Source: Gemmatimonadaceae bacterium (GTDB lineage Bacteria > Gemmatimonadota > Gemmatimonadetes > Gemmatimonadales > Gemmatimonadaceae). Taken from it: 64,000 nucleotides of DNA. Within the stretch, counting starts at the first letter, position 1. The number at the start of each line of letters is the position of its first letter. Below the pieces are notes generated by a model. That model was not told where the DNA came from. It saw only the letters and a list, made by a program, of their open reading frames with translations, and did no database searches. The translations under genes and the position numbers were made by a program. The stretch is taken from NCBI GenBank assembly GCA_016720905.1, contig JADKJT010000017.1:24366-88365 (forward strand), given 5' to 3'. Below, one piece after another: positions 9,796 to 18,514 of the stretch.

Positions 9796-11241
9796 ATGCA
9801 GCACTCCTTGCCCTGGCGCGTCGGTGTGGTGCTCGCACTGTTCGCGCCACTCGCGAACGCGCAAACGCCGCCTGCGGCGCCAAAACCAGCGGCCGCCACC
9901 GCCGCCGCGCCCCAGCCGGCCTACTCGGCCGGCGCGCTCTCCCTCCCCAACGCCGATCCGTTTCCCAGCACCTACGTGCGCCCAACCGCGCGCCCGCTGG
10001 TGATTCGCAACGTCAACATCTTCACCGGTGCGGGCCCGCTGATTCGCGGTGGCGCAATCGCCGTGCAGGACGGGAAGATCATCGCCGTCGGTGCCACAGT
10101 CACCACGCCGCCAAACGCCGAAGTGATTGACGGCAACGGCCGCTATGTCACGCCGGGGCTCATCGACACGCATTCGCATCTCGGCGTCTATCCGGCACCG
10201 GGTACCGCGGCGCATCAGGATGGCAACGAGGGCACCAGTCCGAATACGGCGCAGGTGTGGGCCGAACACAGCGTGTGGCCGCAGGATCCGCAGTTCCCGC
10301 GTGATCTGGCCGGCGGCGTCACTACGCTGCAGGTGCTGCCGGGTTCAGCCAACCTGTTCGGCGGTCGGTCGGTGGTGTTGAAAGTGGTGCCGTCGCGTTC
10401 GGCCCAGGGCATGAAGTTCCCCGGTGCCAAATACGGACTCAAGATGGCCTGCGGAGAAAACCCCAAGCGCGTGTATGCGCAACGCGGACCGGCCACCCGC
10501 ATGGGCAACGTGGCCGGCTACCGCGCCGCCTGGATTGCCGCCGATCAGTATCGGCGCAAGTGGGATGCGTGGCTGTTGAAGCGCGAAGGCGAGGCACCGG
10601 CGCGTGACCTGGCGAATGAAACGCTGGCCGAAGTGCTGCGTGGCAATATTCTTGTGCACAATCACTGCTATCAAGCCGACGAGATGATGCAGATGATCGA
10701 CATTGCCAAGGAGTTCGGCTACAGCATTCGCTCGTTCCACCATGGTGTTGAGGCGTACAAGATTGCCGACGTGCTGGCCCGTGAGGGCATCTCGGGGTCG
10801 CTCTGGAGCGACTGGGGCGGCTTCAAGATGGAAGCGCTGGACGGCGTACGCGCCAACCTCGCGTTGGTGAATGCGGCGGGCGCGCGTGCCATCGTGCATT
10901 CCGACGATGCCAGCGGCTCGCAGCGACTCAATCAGGAAGCCGCCAAGGCCATGGCGGCCGGTCGCGCGGCGGGCGTCACGGTCAGTGAGGAAGATGCCGT
11001 GAGATGGATCACGGCCAATCCCGCGTGGGCGCTTGGCCTGGACGATCGCATCGGAACGTTGGAAGTCGGCAAGAACGCCGACCTGGTGCTGTGGAACCGC
11101 AATCCGCTCAGCGTCTACGCGCGCGCCGATCGGGTGTGGATTGACGGAGCGTCGCGTTTCGACCGGGCCGATCCCGCACAGCAATGGCGCACGGACTTCG
11201 AACTTGGCTTCGTACCCCGGAACGACGGGAGGAACAAGTGA
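9796..11241 (+). CDS. exported metal-dependent amidohydrolase
   Basis: Signal peptide (ALFAPLANAQ). Amidohydrolase motifs GLIDTHSHLG, LVHNHCYQADEM, SFHHGVEAYK, IVHSDD, ADLVLWN. Confidence 0.85.
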   Translation: MQHSLPWRVGVVLALFAPLANAQTPPAAPKPAAATAAAPQPAYSAGALSLPNADPFPSTYVRPTARPLVIRNVNIFTGAGPLIRGGAIAVQDGKIIAVGATVTTPPNAEVIDGNGRYVTPGLIDTHSHLGVYPAPGTAAHQDGNEGTSPNTAQVWAEHSVWPQDPQFPRDLAGGVTTLQVLPGSANLFGGRSVVLKVVPSRSAQGMKFPGAKYGLKMACGENPKRVYAQRGPATRMGNVAGYRAAWIAADQYRRKWDAWLLKREGEAPARDLANETLAEVLRGNILVHNHCYQADEMMQMIDIAKEFGYSIRSFHHGVEAYKIADVLAREGISGSLWSDWGGFKMEALDGVRANLALVNAAGARAIVHSDDASGSQRLNQEAAKAMAAGRAAGVTVSEEDAVRWITANPAWALGLDDRIGTLEVGKNADLVLWNRNPLSVYARADRVWIDGASRFDRADPAQQWRTDFELGFVPRNDGRNK

Positions 11242-12527
11242 TGCGCACCACCTTCATGCAATCCGCGCGCATCGCGTGTGTAAGTCTCGCCTGCGCCTCT
11301 GCGACGACGCTGTCCGCGCAAACGATCGCGATCACGGGCGGCACCGTGTATCCCGCCGTTGGTCCAAGAATCGACAACGGCACTGTCATTGTGCGTGATG
11401 GCAAGATTGTCGCGGTCGGCGCCAATCTTGCGGTCCCAACGGGCGCGACGCGCGTGGATGCCACGGGCAAGTGGGTCACGCCAGGTCTGGTCAATGCGTT
11501 CACCACCCTTGGCCTCAGTGAGTCGGGAGGGCCGCAGTTCTCCGGCGGATACAACGACACGCAAGCCCAGGTCACCGACGGCATCAGCGCCTCCTTTGAA
11601 GCGGCTGACGGGGTGAACCCGGCGTCGACGATGTTCCGGCCATCCACATCGGACGGCATAACAACAGTGGGCGTCTGGCCCAGCGGCAATTGGGTGTCAG
11701 GTCGCGGCGCGGTCATGGACCTGACGGGCAACACAGTCAGTCAGATGGTCGTCAAGCGCGGCGTGGGCATGCTGCTCAATTTCGATGCTGGCGCGGCCAA
11801 CGCGGGCGCGCGCGCGGCGATGTTCGGCCGGCTGCGAGAACTTCTGGTTGACGTGAAGCAGTACGCGCTGCGGAAAGCCGAGTACGAAGGTAACCGCACG
11901 CGGGCCTTCGCCGCAAAGTCGTCCCAACTCGAAGCGTTGTTGCCAGTCGCTCGCGGTACCATGCCGTTGTTCGTGGTCGCCGAGCGCGCCAGCGACATTC
12001 GTGCGGCAGTGGGCATTGCCAAGGAGTTTGCTCTGCGATTGGTGATCGTTGGCGGCGCGGAAGCCTGGATGGTGGCGGGCGAGCTTGCGACGGCAAAGGT
12101 GCCGGTGATGGTGGGGGCACTGAATAACATCCCGGAAACGTTTGACGCGTTGGGACAACGACAGGAAAACGCTTCGCTGCTGCGTGCCGCCGGTGTGGCC
12201 GTCACGCTGATTGGCAACGGTCCGGGCGACCCCCTGTCGTTCAACGTGCGCAACGTGCGTCAGGAAGCCGGGAATGCTGTGGCGTACGGCATGTCGTGGG
12301 ATGATGCACTGCGCGCCATCACCGCGGCGCCCGCCGAGGCGCTGGGCGTGGCCGACCGAGTGGGCGCACTGGCGGTGGGCCGCGAAGCCAACATCGTGGT
12401 ATGGGATGGCGATCCATTCGAATTCACCACGCGCGCCACGCACGTGTACATCCGCGGGGTACTGCAGACGGGTTTGTCGCGTGAGGACGAGCTGACGGCA
12501 CGCTATCGGAAACTGCCGCCGGGCTGA
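11241..12527 (+). CDS. exported amidohydrolase-family protein (paralogous partner)
   Basis: ATG 11241 overlaps the upstream stop (TGATG) and is preceded by GGGAGGAA. Signal peptide (ACVSLACASATTLSAQ). Amidohydrolase-fold N-terminal barrel-cap motifs (IAITGGTVYP, VIVRDGKIVAVG, ATGKWVTPGLVN) and the C-terminal ANIVVWDGDP block. Confidence 0.8.
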   Translation: MRTTFMQSARIACVSLACASATTLSAQTIAITGGTVYPAVGPRIDNGTVIVRDGKIVAVGANLAVPTGATRVDATGKWVTPGLVNAFTTLGLSESGGPQFSGGYNDTQAQVTDGISASFEAADGVNPASTMFRPSTSDGITTVGVWPSGNWVSGRGAVMDLTGNTVSQMVVKRGVGMLLNFDAGAANAGARAAMFGRLRELLVDVKQYALRKAEYEGNRTRAFAAKSSQLEALLPVARGTMPLFVVAERASDIRAAVGIAKEFALRLVIVGGAEAWMVAGELATAKVPVMVGALNNIPETFDALGQRQENASLLRAAGVAVTLIGNGPGDPLSFNVRNVRQEAGNAVAYGMSWDDALRAITAAPAEALGVADRVGALAVGREANIVVWDGDPFEFTTRATHVYIRGVLQTGLSREDELTARYRKLPPG

Positions 12528-12545
12528 TTGTGATGCCGCAAGAAC

Positions 12546-12624
12546 ATTGAACCGCGAAGTACGCCAAGTTCGCCAAGGTGCGCGCCAAGACACTTCGCGT
12601 ACTTCGCGTACTTCGCGGTTCAAT
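12546..12624. repeat. 19-bp perfect inverted repeat with internal tandem repeats (bidirectional terminator-like element between convergent genes)
   Basis: ATTGAACCGCGAAGTACGC (12546-12564) pairs perfectly with GCGTACTTCGCGGTTCAAT (12606-12624). The 41-nt loop contains three CGCCAAG motifs. The 9-nt unit ACTTCGCG(T/G) is repeated three times at 12592-12618. Confidence 0.65.
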
Positions 12625-14953
12625 CGTTGCCGCGTTGCCGTACGCTCTGAGGTCTCCTCGCCGTCACCAATACCTCATCAGCAAACAACCACGCCGGCTG
12701 CCCCGCACCAGGATGGCCGGCCGGCAATGGTCCAGCAGACCGCGCCTGAACGCGAATAAATCGCACGCGCCGTCCGGATGGCACCGCCACAGCAAACGGC
12801 TGACGAACGGCGCCTTCGCGACTGACCGGCACGTCATGCCGGGCGATCAACGGCGCCGACCATTCCACACCGTCAAGCGAAAACGAAAACGCCACCGTAG
12901 CCGGCAGCACAATCCACGACCGCACATTCTGCAGGAAATCCACCTGTAAGCGCGCGACATCCGTGGGCACGGCCAGTTCAAGGGTGACGTCCACATCGGG
13001 TACCCACCACCCCTGCCACAGCCCGTCACCATGCTCGGTACTGCCCAGCAACCCGTCGGCGAGACTCCAGGGCCCGGTGCCGGGATAGCGCGCATCAACG
13101 GCGGGCGTCGTACGCACTCGCGCGCCGATGCCATTGTGCCGCACCATCGTCACGCGTCGCTCTTCCAGCACCGGACGCGCGCCCCAGAACGCCTGCAAGC
13201 GCACAGTTCTTGCCGCGGCCAACGTCGCTCCATCCACATAGCGTCGTGATGCGGACGTTGGCCGACTCCCGTCGGTTGTACCACGCATGACAATGCCATC
13301 GGCAAGCGACCGGACTGACAGCATCGGGCGGCGCGCGATCGAGTCGTACCGTACCGCCACCGATGCGATCGACTGGTCGGCAGGACCCACCGCATAGCCG
13401 GCGGAACGAAGCGCCGGTACATGCGACACCTCCAGTCGCCGTTGCAGGTTGCCCACATCGCGCGACGGGCCACTCCACAGCACCTCGGCGAACGCCAGCA
13501 ATCGCGGCAACGCCATCAGTTCGAGATTGGCACCCGACACAATGTGCTCGCTCCACAACGGCACCTCTCCGCCGCGCACACGTGCTGCCTGCTCCTTGCC
13601 CAGCGCATGGGGCATGGGGTCGAATCCGTACACGCCCGCCACCGTCAGCTCAGCCGCCGAGCGATTGAGATACGTGAAGTCGCTGGGTGAAGCCACCACG
13701 TCGAATCCGCGCTCCACGGCCTTGCGTGTGTACAAGGAATCCCGCCACGACTGCACCATCCCGCCCGGTACGTACGGTCCGTCCAGCACTTCATCCCAGC
13801 CCATCACCGTGCGGCCGCGCTGCGCGACATGCGCGGCCACGCGACGCATGAACCAGCTCTGCAGCTCTTCCTCGTTGGCCAGACGCTCACGCGTCATCAC
13901 GGCTTGACAGACCGCGCAGGCTTTCCAACGATCCTTGGGGACCTCGTCGCCGCCCAGATGAATTACCGGTGACGGGAAGAGATCCATCACTTCATCGAGG
14001 ACGCCAAACAGGAACGTGAAGGTCTCTTCCTTGCCCGCGCAGTACACGTCGGCGAAGACACCCCACGTGGTGGGTACTTCGATGCGGGCGTCAGTGCAGC
14101 CAAGTTGTGGATAGGCCGCCAGCGCCGCCGAGGAATGCCCCGGCATCTCGATTTCCGGAACGATAGTGACGCCGCGATGGCGCGCGTACTCCACCAGCGA
14201 GCGAACCTGCGCTTGGGTGTAGAAGCCGCCGTAGCGAGAACCATCGGCTTCTCGCCGCCAGGCGCCCACACTGGTGAGGCGCGGATAGCGCTTGATCTCG
14301 ATGCGCCAACCCTGATCGTCGGTAAGGTGCCAGTGGAGCGTGTTCATCTTGTAGCGCGACAGCAGGTCGATGTGCCGTTCGATGTCGCGTACCGGCAGAA
14401 AATGACGCCCCACATCCACCATCGATCCACGCCAGCCGAATCGCGGAGCATCGCTGATGCGCACGGCGGCGATCGACCATGAGGTCGCGCCTCGGCCGAC
14501 CGATGGTTCAAGGAGTTGCAGGAGAGTTTGCGCACCCCATCGTGCTCCGGCCGCGGAAGCGCCGCGAATGAACACGGACTGTGCGCCCGCCTCCAACTCG
14601 TACGCCTCGGCGTTGGCGGATGCGAGCAGGGTATCGAGATGAATGCCGTCGAGACGTCCAGTGCCTTCACGCACGACACGCGTCGTCAGACCGGTCTTAC
14701 GAGAAAGCTCGGTGGCCAGCAGTTCGGCGACTTCGCGCATCGCACCGGTACCCGACGGGATCACAATCCGCACCGTGTCGGGCAACACGAATGGTGACCC
14801 TGACATCAGCTCCGCACGCAGCGGACGTGGCAGCAGGTTCGCCGCTGCGCTCTGCGCCGCTGCGCTCTGCGCATCGGCACGGTTTCCCGCGATTAGTCCC
14901 GCGGCGACTACGAGCCAGCGTGCCCAGCCGACGAAATGCCCACGATTCAGCAC
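12620..14953 (-). CDS. beta-N-acetylhexosaminidase (GH20) with C-terminal discoidin (F5/8 type C)-like domain
   Basis: 777 aa. Signal peptide. GH20 catalytic region (MNTLHWHLTDDQGWRIEIKRYP, IVPEIEMPGH, IHLGGDEV, WDE). The C-terminal ~150 aa form a beta-sandwich-like domain (RFIRVQARS...WLFADEVLV). Confidence 0.9.
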   Translation of the reverse strand: MLNRGHFVGWARWLVVAAGLIAGNRADAQSAAAQSAAANLLPRPLRAELMSGSPFVLPDTVRIVIPSGTGAMREVAELLATELSRKTGLTTRVVREGTGRLDGIHLDTLLASANAEAYELEAGAQSVFIRGASAAGARWGAQTLLQLLEPSVGRGATSWSIAAVRISDAPRFGWRGSMVDVGRHFLPVRDIERHIDLLSRYKMNTLHWHLTDDQGWRIEIKRYPRLTSVGAWRREADGSRYGGFYTQAQVRSLVEYARHRGVTIVPEIEMPGHSSAALAAYPQLGCTDARIEVPTTWGVFADVYCAGKEETFTFLFGVLDEVMDLFPSPVIHLGGDEVPKDRWKACAVCQAVMTRERLANEEELQSWFMRRVAAHVAQRGRTVMGWDEVLDGPYVPGGMVQSWRDSLYTRKAVERGFDVVASPSDFTYLNRSAAELTVAGVYGFDPMPHALGKEQAARVRGGEVPLWSEHIVSGANLELMALPRLLAFAEVLWSGPSRDVGNLQRRLEVSHVPALRSAGYAVGPADQSIASVAVRYDSIARRPMLSVRSLADGIVMRGTTDGSRPTSASRRYVDGATLAAARTVRLQAFWGARPVLEERRVTMVRHNGIGARVRTTPAVDARYPGTGPWSLADGLLGSTEHGDGLWQGWWVPDVDVTLELAVPTDVARLQVDFLQNVRSWIVLPATVAFSFSLDGVEWSAPLIARHDVPVSREGAVRQPFAVAVPSGRRVRFIRVQARSAGPLPAGHPGAGQPAWLFADEVLVTARRPQSVRQRGND

Positions 14954-17900
14954 CGTGGCGGAACCTCCGCGCGCGGCAGCGTCAACGGCGCAATCTGATG
15001 ACGCGATAGAATGGCGTTGGCCACCGGTACGTCACGCTGCACCAGGCGCTGCCACGACGTGTGGGCGGTGGCAAGATCGCGGCAGGTCGCCGTAAATGCG
15101 GCGCGCATGGAAGGAGTCGGCGCAAAGTCCGCATTGTCCTGAGCGGTCAACTGGCTGGCCAACGCGCCATTCAGACTACGGAACGTCACGCGTGCCGTTT
15201 CGCTGCCCACTGCCGCATCCAATGCGGCACGAAGTGTGGCAATAGCCGCAGTCACTTCGGTATTCGCACCGGAGGTTTGCGACAGCGCCGTACGCAACGC
15301 GGTCACTTGTTGTTGTGCGTCCCAGGCGGCGCGCATCCCGGCCGTGATCTGCATCATCAGGTCATGCTGCGCCGCCAGCGCCGCTGGCGTCGCGGTGGAA
15401 CGCGGGTCGTTGCGCACTGTCACGGTCTGCGACATGGGCGTGCCACCGATCGTCAGCCGCACCGTGTACACCCCAGGCGGCGCCAGTGCGCCTTCCGGTG
15501 TGGCGGGCGTCAATCCCGGAGTAGCGTTGATTTCAAAGCTGTGCGAGAACGCGGGCGGCGCATCGTATCGCAAATCCCAGTTCACGCGGTGCATGCCGAC
15601 ACTTGTTGGCAAAGCGGTAGGCGGCGCCACCCAGAAGTTCGGATGCGGAGGCCTGGCGGCTTCCGGTACCGGCGCCGACAACACACTCGTGAGATGTCGC
15701 ACGACGGCCCCACTCGCGTTCAGGATATCAACCGCAATCGTACCCGACGGCGACGCGCCCAGCCAATAGTCGATGATTACACCATCCAGCGGATTCACCG
15801 CGTGCGGGATTTCCGGCGGCAACGGCGTATCGTCGTTCACGTTGCGGCGCACTCGCGTGGTGAGCCCAGGCGCGAAGAGGTGCGCGGGCTTGGCCGCGAT
15901 GGTTGAGTTGACCTGACGCAGCATCGAGATGTCGTCAATTACCCACAGTCCGCGACCATGCGTGGCCACCAGCAGGTCATTCCCCTTGATCAGCAGGTCG
16001 CGCGCGGGGCTATTGGGCAGATTCATCGCCAGCGACTGCCATAGGTCGCCATCATTGAACGACACATAGACACTGCTTTCGGTCCCGGCAAACAACAGTC
16101 CGGCCTTCTTGGGATCGGCGCGTATCACCCGGGCAAAGCTGCCACTGGGCTCATCCGCGGGGAGGCCGGTGACAATCTTCGTCCACGTCTTGCCGAAGTC
16201 GCGCGTGCGGAAGAAGTACGGCGTGTGCTCGCCGATCCGCAGGTACTCCACTGCGACATAGGCCGTGCCTGCGGCATGGGGCGACGCATCGATCGCCGAG
16301 ATCATGGCGCGGCGTGGACTCGGGATGTTGGGAATGCTCACATCGGTCCATGTGGCGCCACCATTGCGGGTCACGTGAATGAGCCCGTTGTTGGTGCCCG
16401 CCCAGATCACGCCGGGCGCCGCCGGCGACGCGGCCAGCGATTCAATCGCGCCGCGTCCGCCCAGCGTGTTCGCCGCAGTGGCCGAATCCATGCCGGCCGG
16501 GATGGCCAACTCGGGGCTGATACGCGTCCAGTGCGCACCGCCGTCCACCGTACTCGCCACAAAGTTGAGTCCCACCAGCAACTGACGTGAATTCCACGGC
16601 GCCCACACCAGCGGCTGCGATGAGGTGGTGCGTGCCTTGGCGGCCGGGTCGATGGCCGGACTCACATTGATGCGCTGTTCACTGGGATAGCTCATGCGCA
16701 CCAGACCGTTGCCACTGGCAAACACATTCTGTGGATTGAGCGGATCGGCGACGATGGTGCCCCATTCCCAGCCGTTGACTGAGTTCCAATCAAACATGGT
16801 GACGGCGCCGTAGTTGCCCCGGATGCGCGTGCGAATGGCGCCGGCGTCCTGTTGCGTGGCGTACACCCAGTACGGGAACGAGTTGTCGGCCGACAGATGG
16901 TAGAGCTGTTCGGTGGACTGGTTATACCAGGAACTCCACGTCGCGCCGCCGTCCAGTGACACCGTCGCGCCTTGGTCAAGCCCCATGAAGATGCGCTGGC
17001 CGTTCGTGGGATCAATCCACATCTGCTGCGGATCGTCGCCGCCTGGGGCCCCCTTCATGCCGGTGAATGTCTTGCCACCATCCGTGGACTTGTATGCGGC
17101 GGTGTTGATGGTGTACACCAGATCCGGATTCTTCGGGTCGACATACACGCCGCAGCTGTAGCCACCCTGTCCATTGTGAATGCGGTCGTCATCGGCGGCC
17201 ATGCGCTGCCAGGTGGTGCCACCGTTGTCCGAACGATACAGCGCGCTGTTGGTGATGAGGTACACGCGCTGCGCGTTGGTGCCCATGGCGATGGCCACCG
17301 ACATCCGACCGTCATGCCGTGGCAGGCCGCCGCCAACGATCTCCTTCCATGTGACGCCCCCGTCCAGCGACTTGTACAGTGATGCACTGGTGCGCCCGGT
17401 ATCGGGCAGCGGACGCGCGGCCACACTGAACTGCCACGAGCGATACGATCCCACCGCATAGCCCGGCGGCGCGTAGTGGCGCGTGGACGTGGCAAACACC
17501 ACGTCCGGCGTGTCGTAGGCGCGCGACACTTTGGTGACGCCCGTTTCGTTGTCGATGAACAAGGTCTTGGCCCACGTTCGCCCGCCATCGGTGCTGCGAT
17601 ACACGCCGCGCATGTCGCTGTGATTCACATGGTCGCCCAGCGCGCCTACCAGCAAAACATCGGGCGATCTCGGATCCACGGAAATCGTCTGGATATGTCG
17701 GGTGCCTTCGAGTCCGAGCGAGGTCCAGGTGGCACCGGCATCCGTGGACTTGTACACCCCGTTGCCCTGATCCAGCGTGCCACCGGTGATCATGTCGCCC
17801 GTGCCCACGTACACCACATTGGGGTCTGATGGAGCGACCTCCACGGCGCCTACCGACGACACGGTCTTGATCGCGTCGAACACTGGGAACCAGGTCTGAC

Positions 17901-18153
17901 CGGCACTGGTGGTCTTCCACAGCCCGCCGCCCGGGTAGCCAGCGTAGAACACACCAGGCTGGCCAATCGCCCCAGACACCGCGCCCACTCGTCCGGCGCG
18001 GAAGGGGCCAAGGTTGCGCCAGGTGAGGCCCGCGTAGAGTCGCGGATCGACAGTCGATGCGGACGGCTGGGCGGCCGCGGGAGCGGCCAGAGCGGCAAGG
18101 AGACACACCGGAACAACGAGCGGCCTGCTACCGATGACGAATGCGCGCTTCAT
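14947..18153 (-). CDS. exported BNR/Asp-box repeat protein (sortilin/VPS10- or GH74-like tandem beta-propellers)
   Basis: Start moved to ATG 18153 (MKRAFVIGSRPLVVPVCLLAALAAPAAAQ signal). Multiple Asp-box motifs (YKSTDAGATW, YRSTDGGRTW, YKSLDGGVTW, YRSDNGGTTW, YKSTDGGKTF, VSLDGGATW, STVDGGAHW, TRNGGATW). The stop overlaps the hexosaminidase start by 7 nt. Confidence 0.8.
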   Translation of the reverse strand: MKRAFVIGSRPLVVPVCLLAALAAPAAAQPSASTVDPRLYAGLTWRNLGPFRAGRVGAVSGAIGQPGVFYAGYPGGGLWKTTSAGQTWFPVFDAIKTVSSVGAVEVAPSDPNVVYVGTGDMITGGTLDQGNGVYKSTDAGATWTSLGLEGTRHIQTISVDPRSPDVLLVGALGDHVNHSDMRGVYRSTDGGRTWAKTLFIDNETGVTKVSRAYDTPDVVFATSTRHYAPPGYAVGSYRSWQFSVAARPLPDTGRTSASLYKSLDGGVTWKEIVGGGLPRHDGRMSVAIAMGTNAQRVYLITNSALYRSDNGGTTWQRMAADDDRIHNGQGGYSCGVYVDPKNPDLVYTINTAAYKSTDGGKTFTGMKGAPGGDDPQQMWIDPTNGQRIFMGLDQGATVSLDGGATWSSWYNQSTEQLYHLSADNSFPYWVYATQQDAGAIRTRIRGNYGAVTMFDWNSVNGWEWGTIVADPLNPQNVFASGNGLVRMSYPSEQRINVSPAIDPAAKARTTSSQPLVWAPWNSRQLLVGLNFVASTVDGGAHWTRISPELAIPAGMDSATAANTLGGRGAIESLAASPAAPGVIWAGTNNGLIHVTRNGGATWTDVSIPNIPSPRRAMISAIDASPHAAGTAYVAVEYLRIGEHTPYFFRTRDFGKTWTKIVTGLPADEPSGSFARVIRADPKKAGLLFAGTESSVYVSFNDGDLWQSLAMNLPNSPARDLLIKGNDLLVATHGRGLWVIDDISMLRQVNSTIAAKPAHLFAPGLTTRVRRNVNDDTPLPPEIPHAVNPLDGVIIDYWLGASPSGTIAVDILNASGAVVRHLTSVLSAPVPEAARPPHPNFWVAPPTALPTSVGMHRVNWDLRYDAPPAFSHSFEINATPGLTPATPEGALAPPGVYTVRLTIGGTPMSQTVTVRNDPRSTATPAALAAQHDLMMQITAGMRAAWDAQQQVTALRTALSQTSGANTEVTAAIATLRAALDAAVGSETARVTFRSLNGALASQLTAQDNADFAPTPSMRAAFTATCRDLATAHTSWQRLVQRDVPVANAILSRHQIAPLTLPRAEVPPRC

Positions 18154-18317
18154 GAAACACTTCCTCGATTGGGAGAACGCGCCGAGGTGAACAGGCGCGA
18201 ACCTGAACTGACTCCGAACTGAAGAAGGTACCACCGGAAAGCGAGTGTGGTGTCGCGGGAATCCATCGCGACAATCCGATGGTTCGGCTCCGATGCGTCG
18301 CGACCGGCCGCTGCCGG

Positions 18318-18480
18318 GAGAGGGTGGAGCGTTGAGAGTCCGGAGGGGCGAGCAACCGAAGCGTCGAGCGTCAGAGGGGCGAGCCGGTGAGGGCAGGACG
18401 GAGTTCTCCCCTCGCCGGCTCACCCGTCACGCCCTCAACGCTTCCCTTGCTCACCCCTCCGGCCCCTCACCGCTCACACT
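18318..18480. repeat. nested imperfect inverted repeats in a 361-bp intergenic region
   Basis: Outer arms 18318-18355 and 18445-18480 match at about 80% (CCGGAGGGGCGAGCAA vs reverse complement CCGGAGGGGTGAGCAA). An inner 17-bp stem pairs 18377-18393 (GGGCGAGCCGGTGAGGG) with ~18408-18424, with one mismatch and one wobble. The motif GAGCGT(T/C)(G)AGAG recurs in both orientations. Confidence 0.5.
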
Positions 18481-18514
18481 CAGCCTTCAGTCAAGTCGCC
18501 TTGAATACACAGTC

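Noticed and set aside
14841-14870. Perfect 15-bp in-frame tandem duplication (GCCGCTGCGCTCTGC x2) giving AQSAAAQSAA in the hexosaminidase signal region. A similar small duplication lies near 28990-29030 (RASVPRASV).
   Set aside because: These are trivial in-frame slippage duplications in low-complexity N-terminal regions, with no functional implication evident.
18330-18350. GAGAGTCCGGAGGGGCGAGC superficially recalls the RNase P RNA P4 motif (GGAAAGTCCGGGC).
   Set aside because: Only a 6-7-nt coincidence. The surrounding sequence lacks the other conserved RNase P helices and instead belongs to an inverted-repeat element.
18154-18423. N-terminal extensions offered by the ORF track. Affected ORFs: BNR protein 18154-18423, TetR 25671-25778, GH57 55437-55733, glgP 59180-59326, SusD 39711-39836, ThiL 1622-1702, esterase 24245-24397.
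   Set aside because: The extensions overlap upstream genes or intergenic repeats, have junk-like composition, and precede an internal start that yields a proper signal peptide or family-typical N-terminus. Shorter starts were used.
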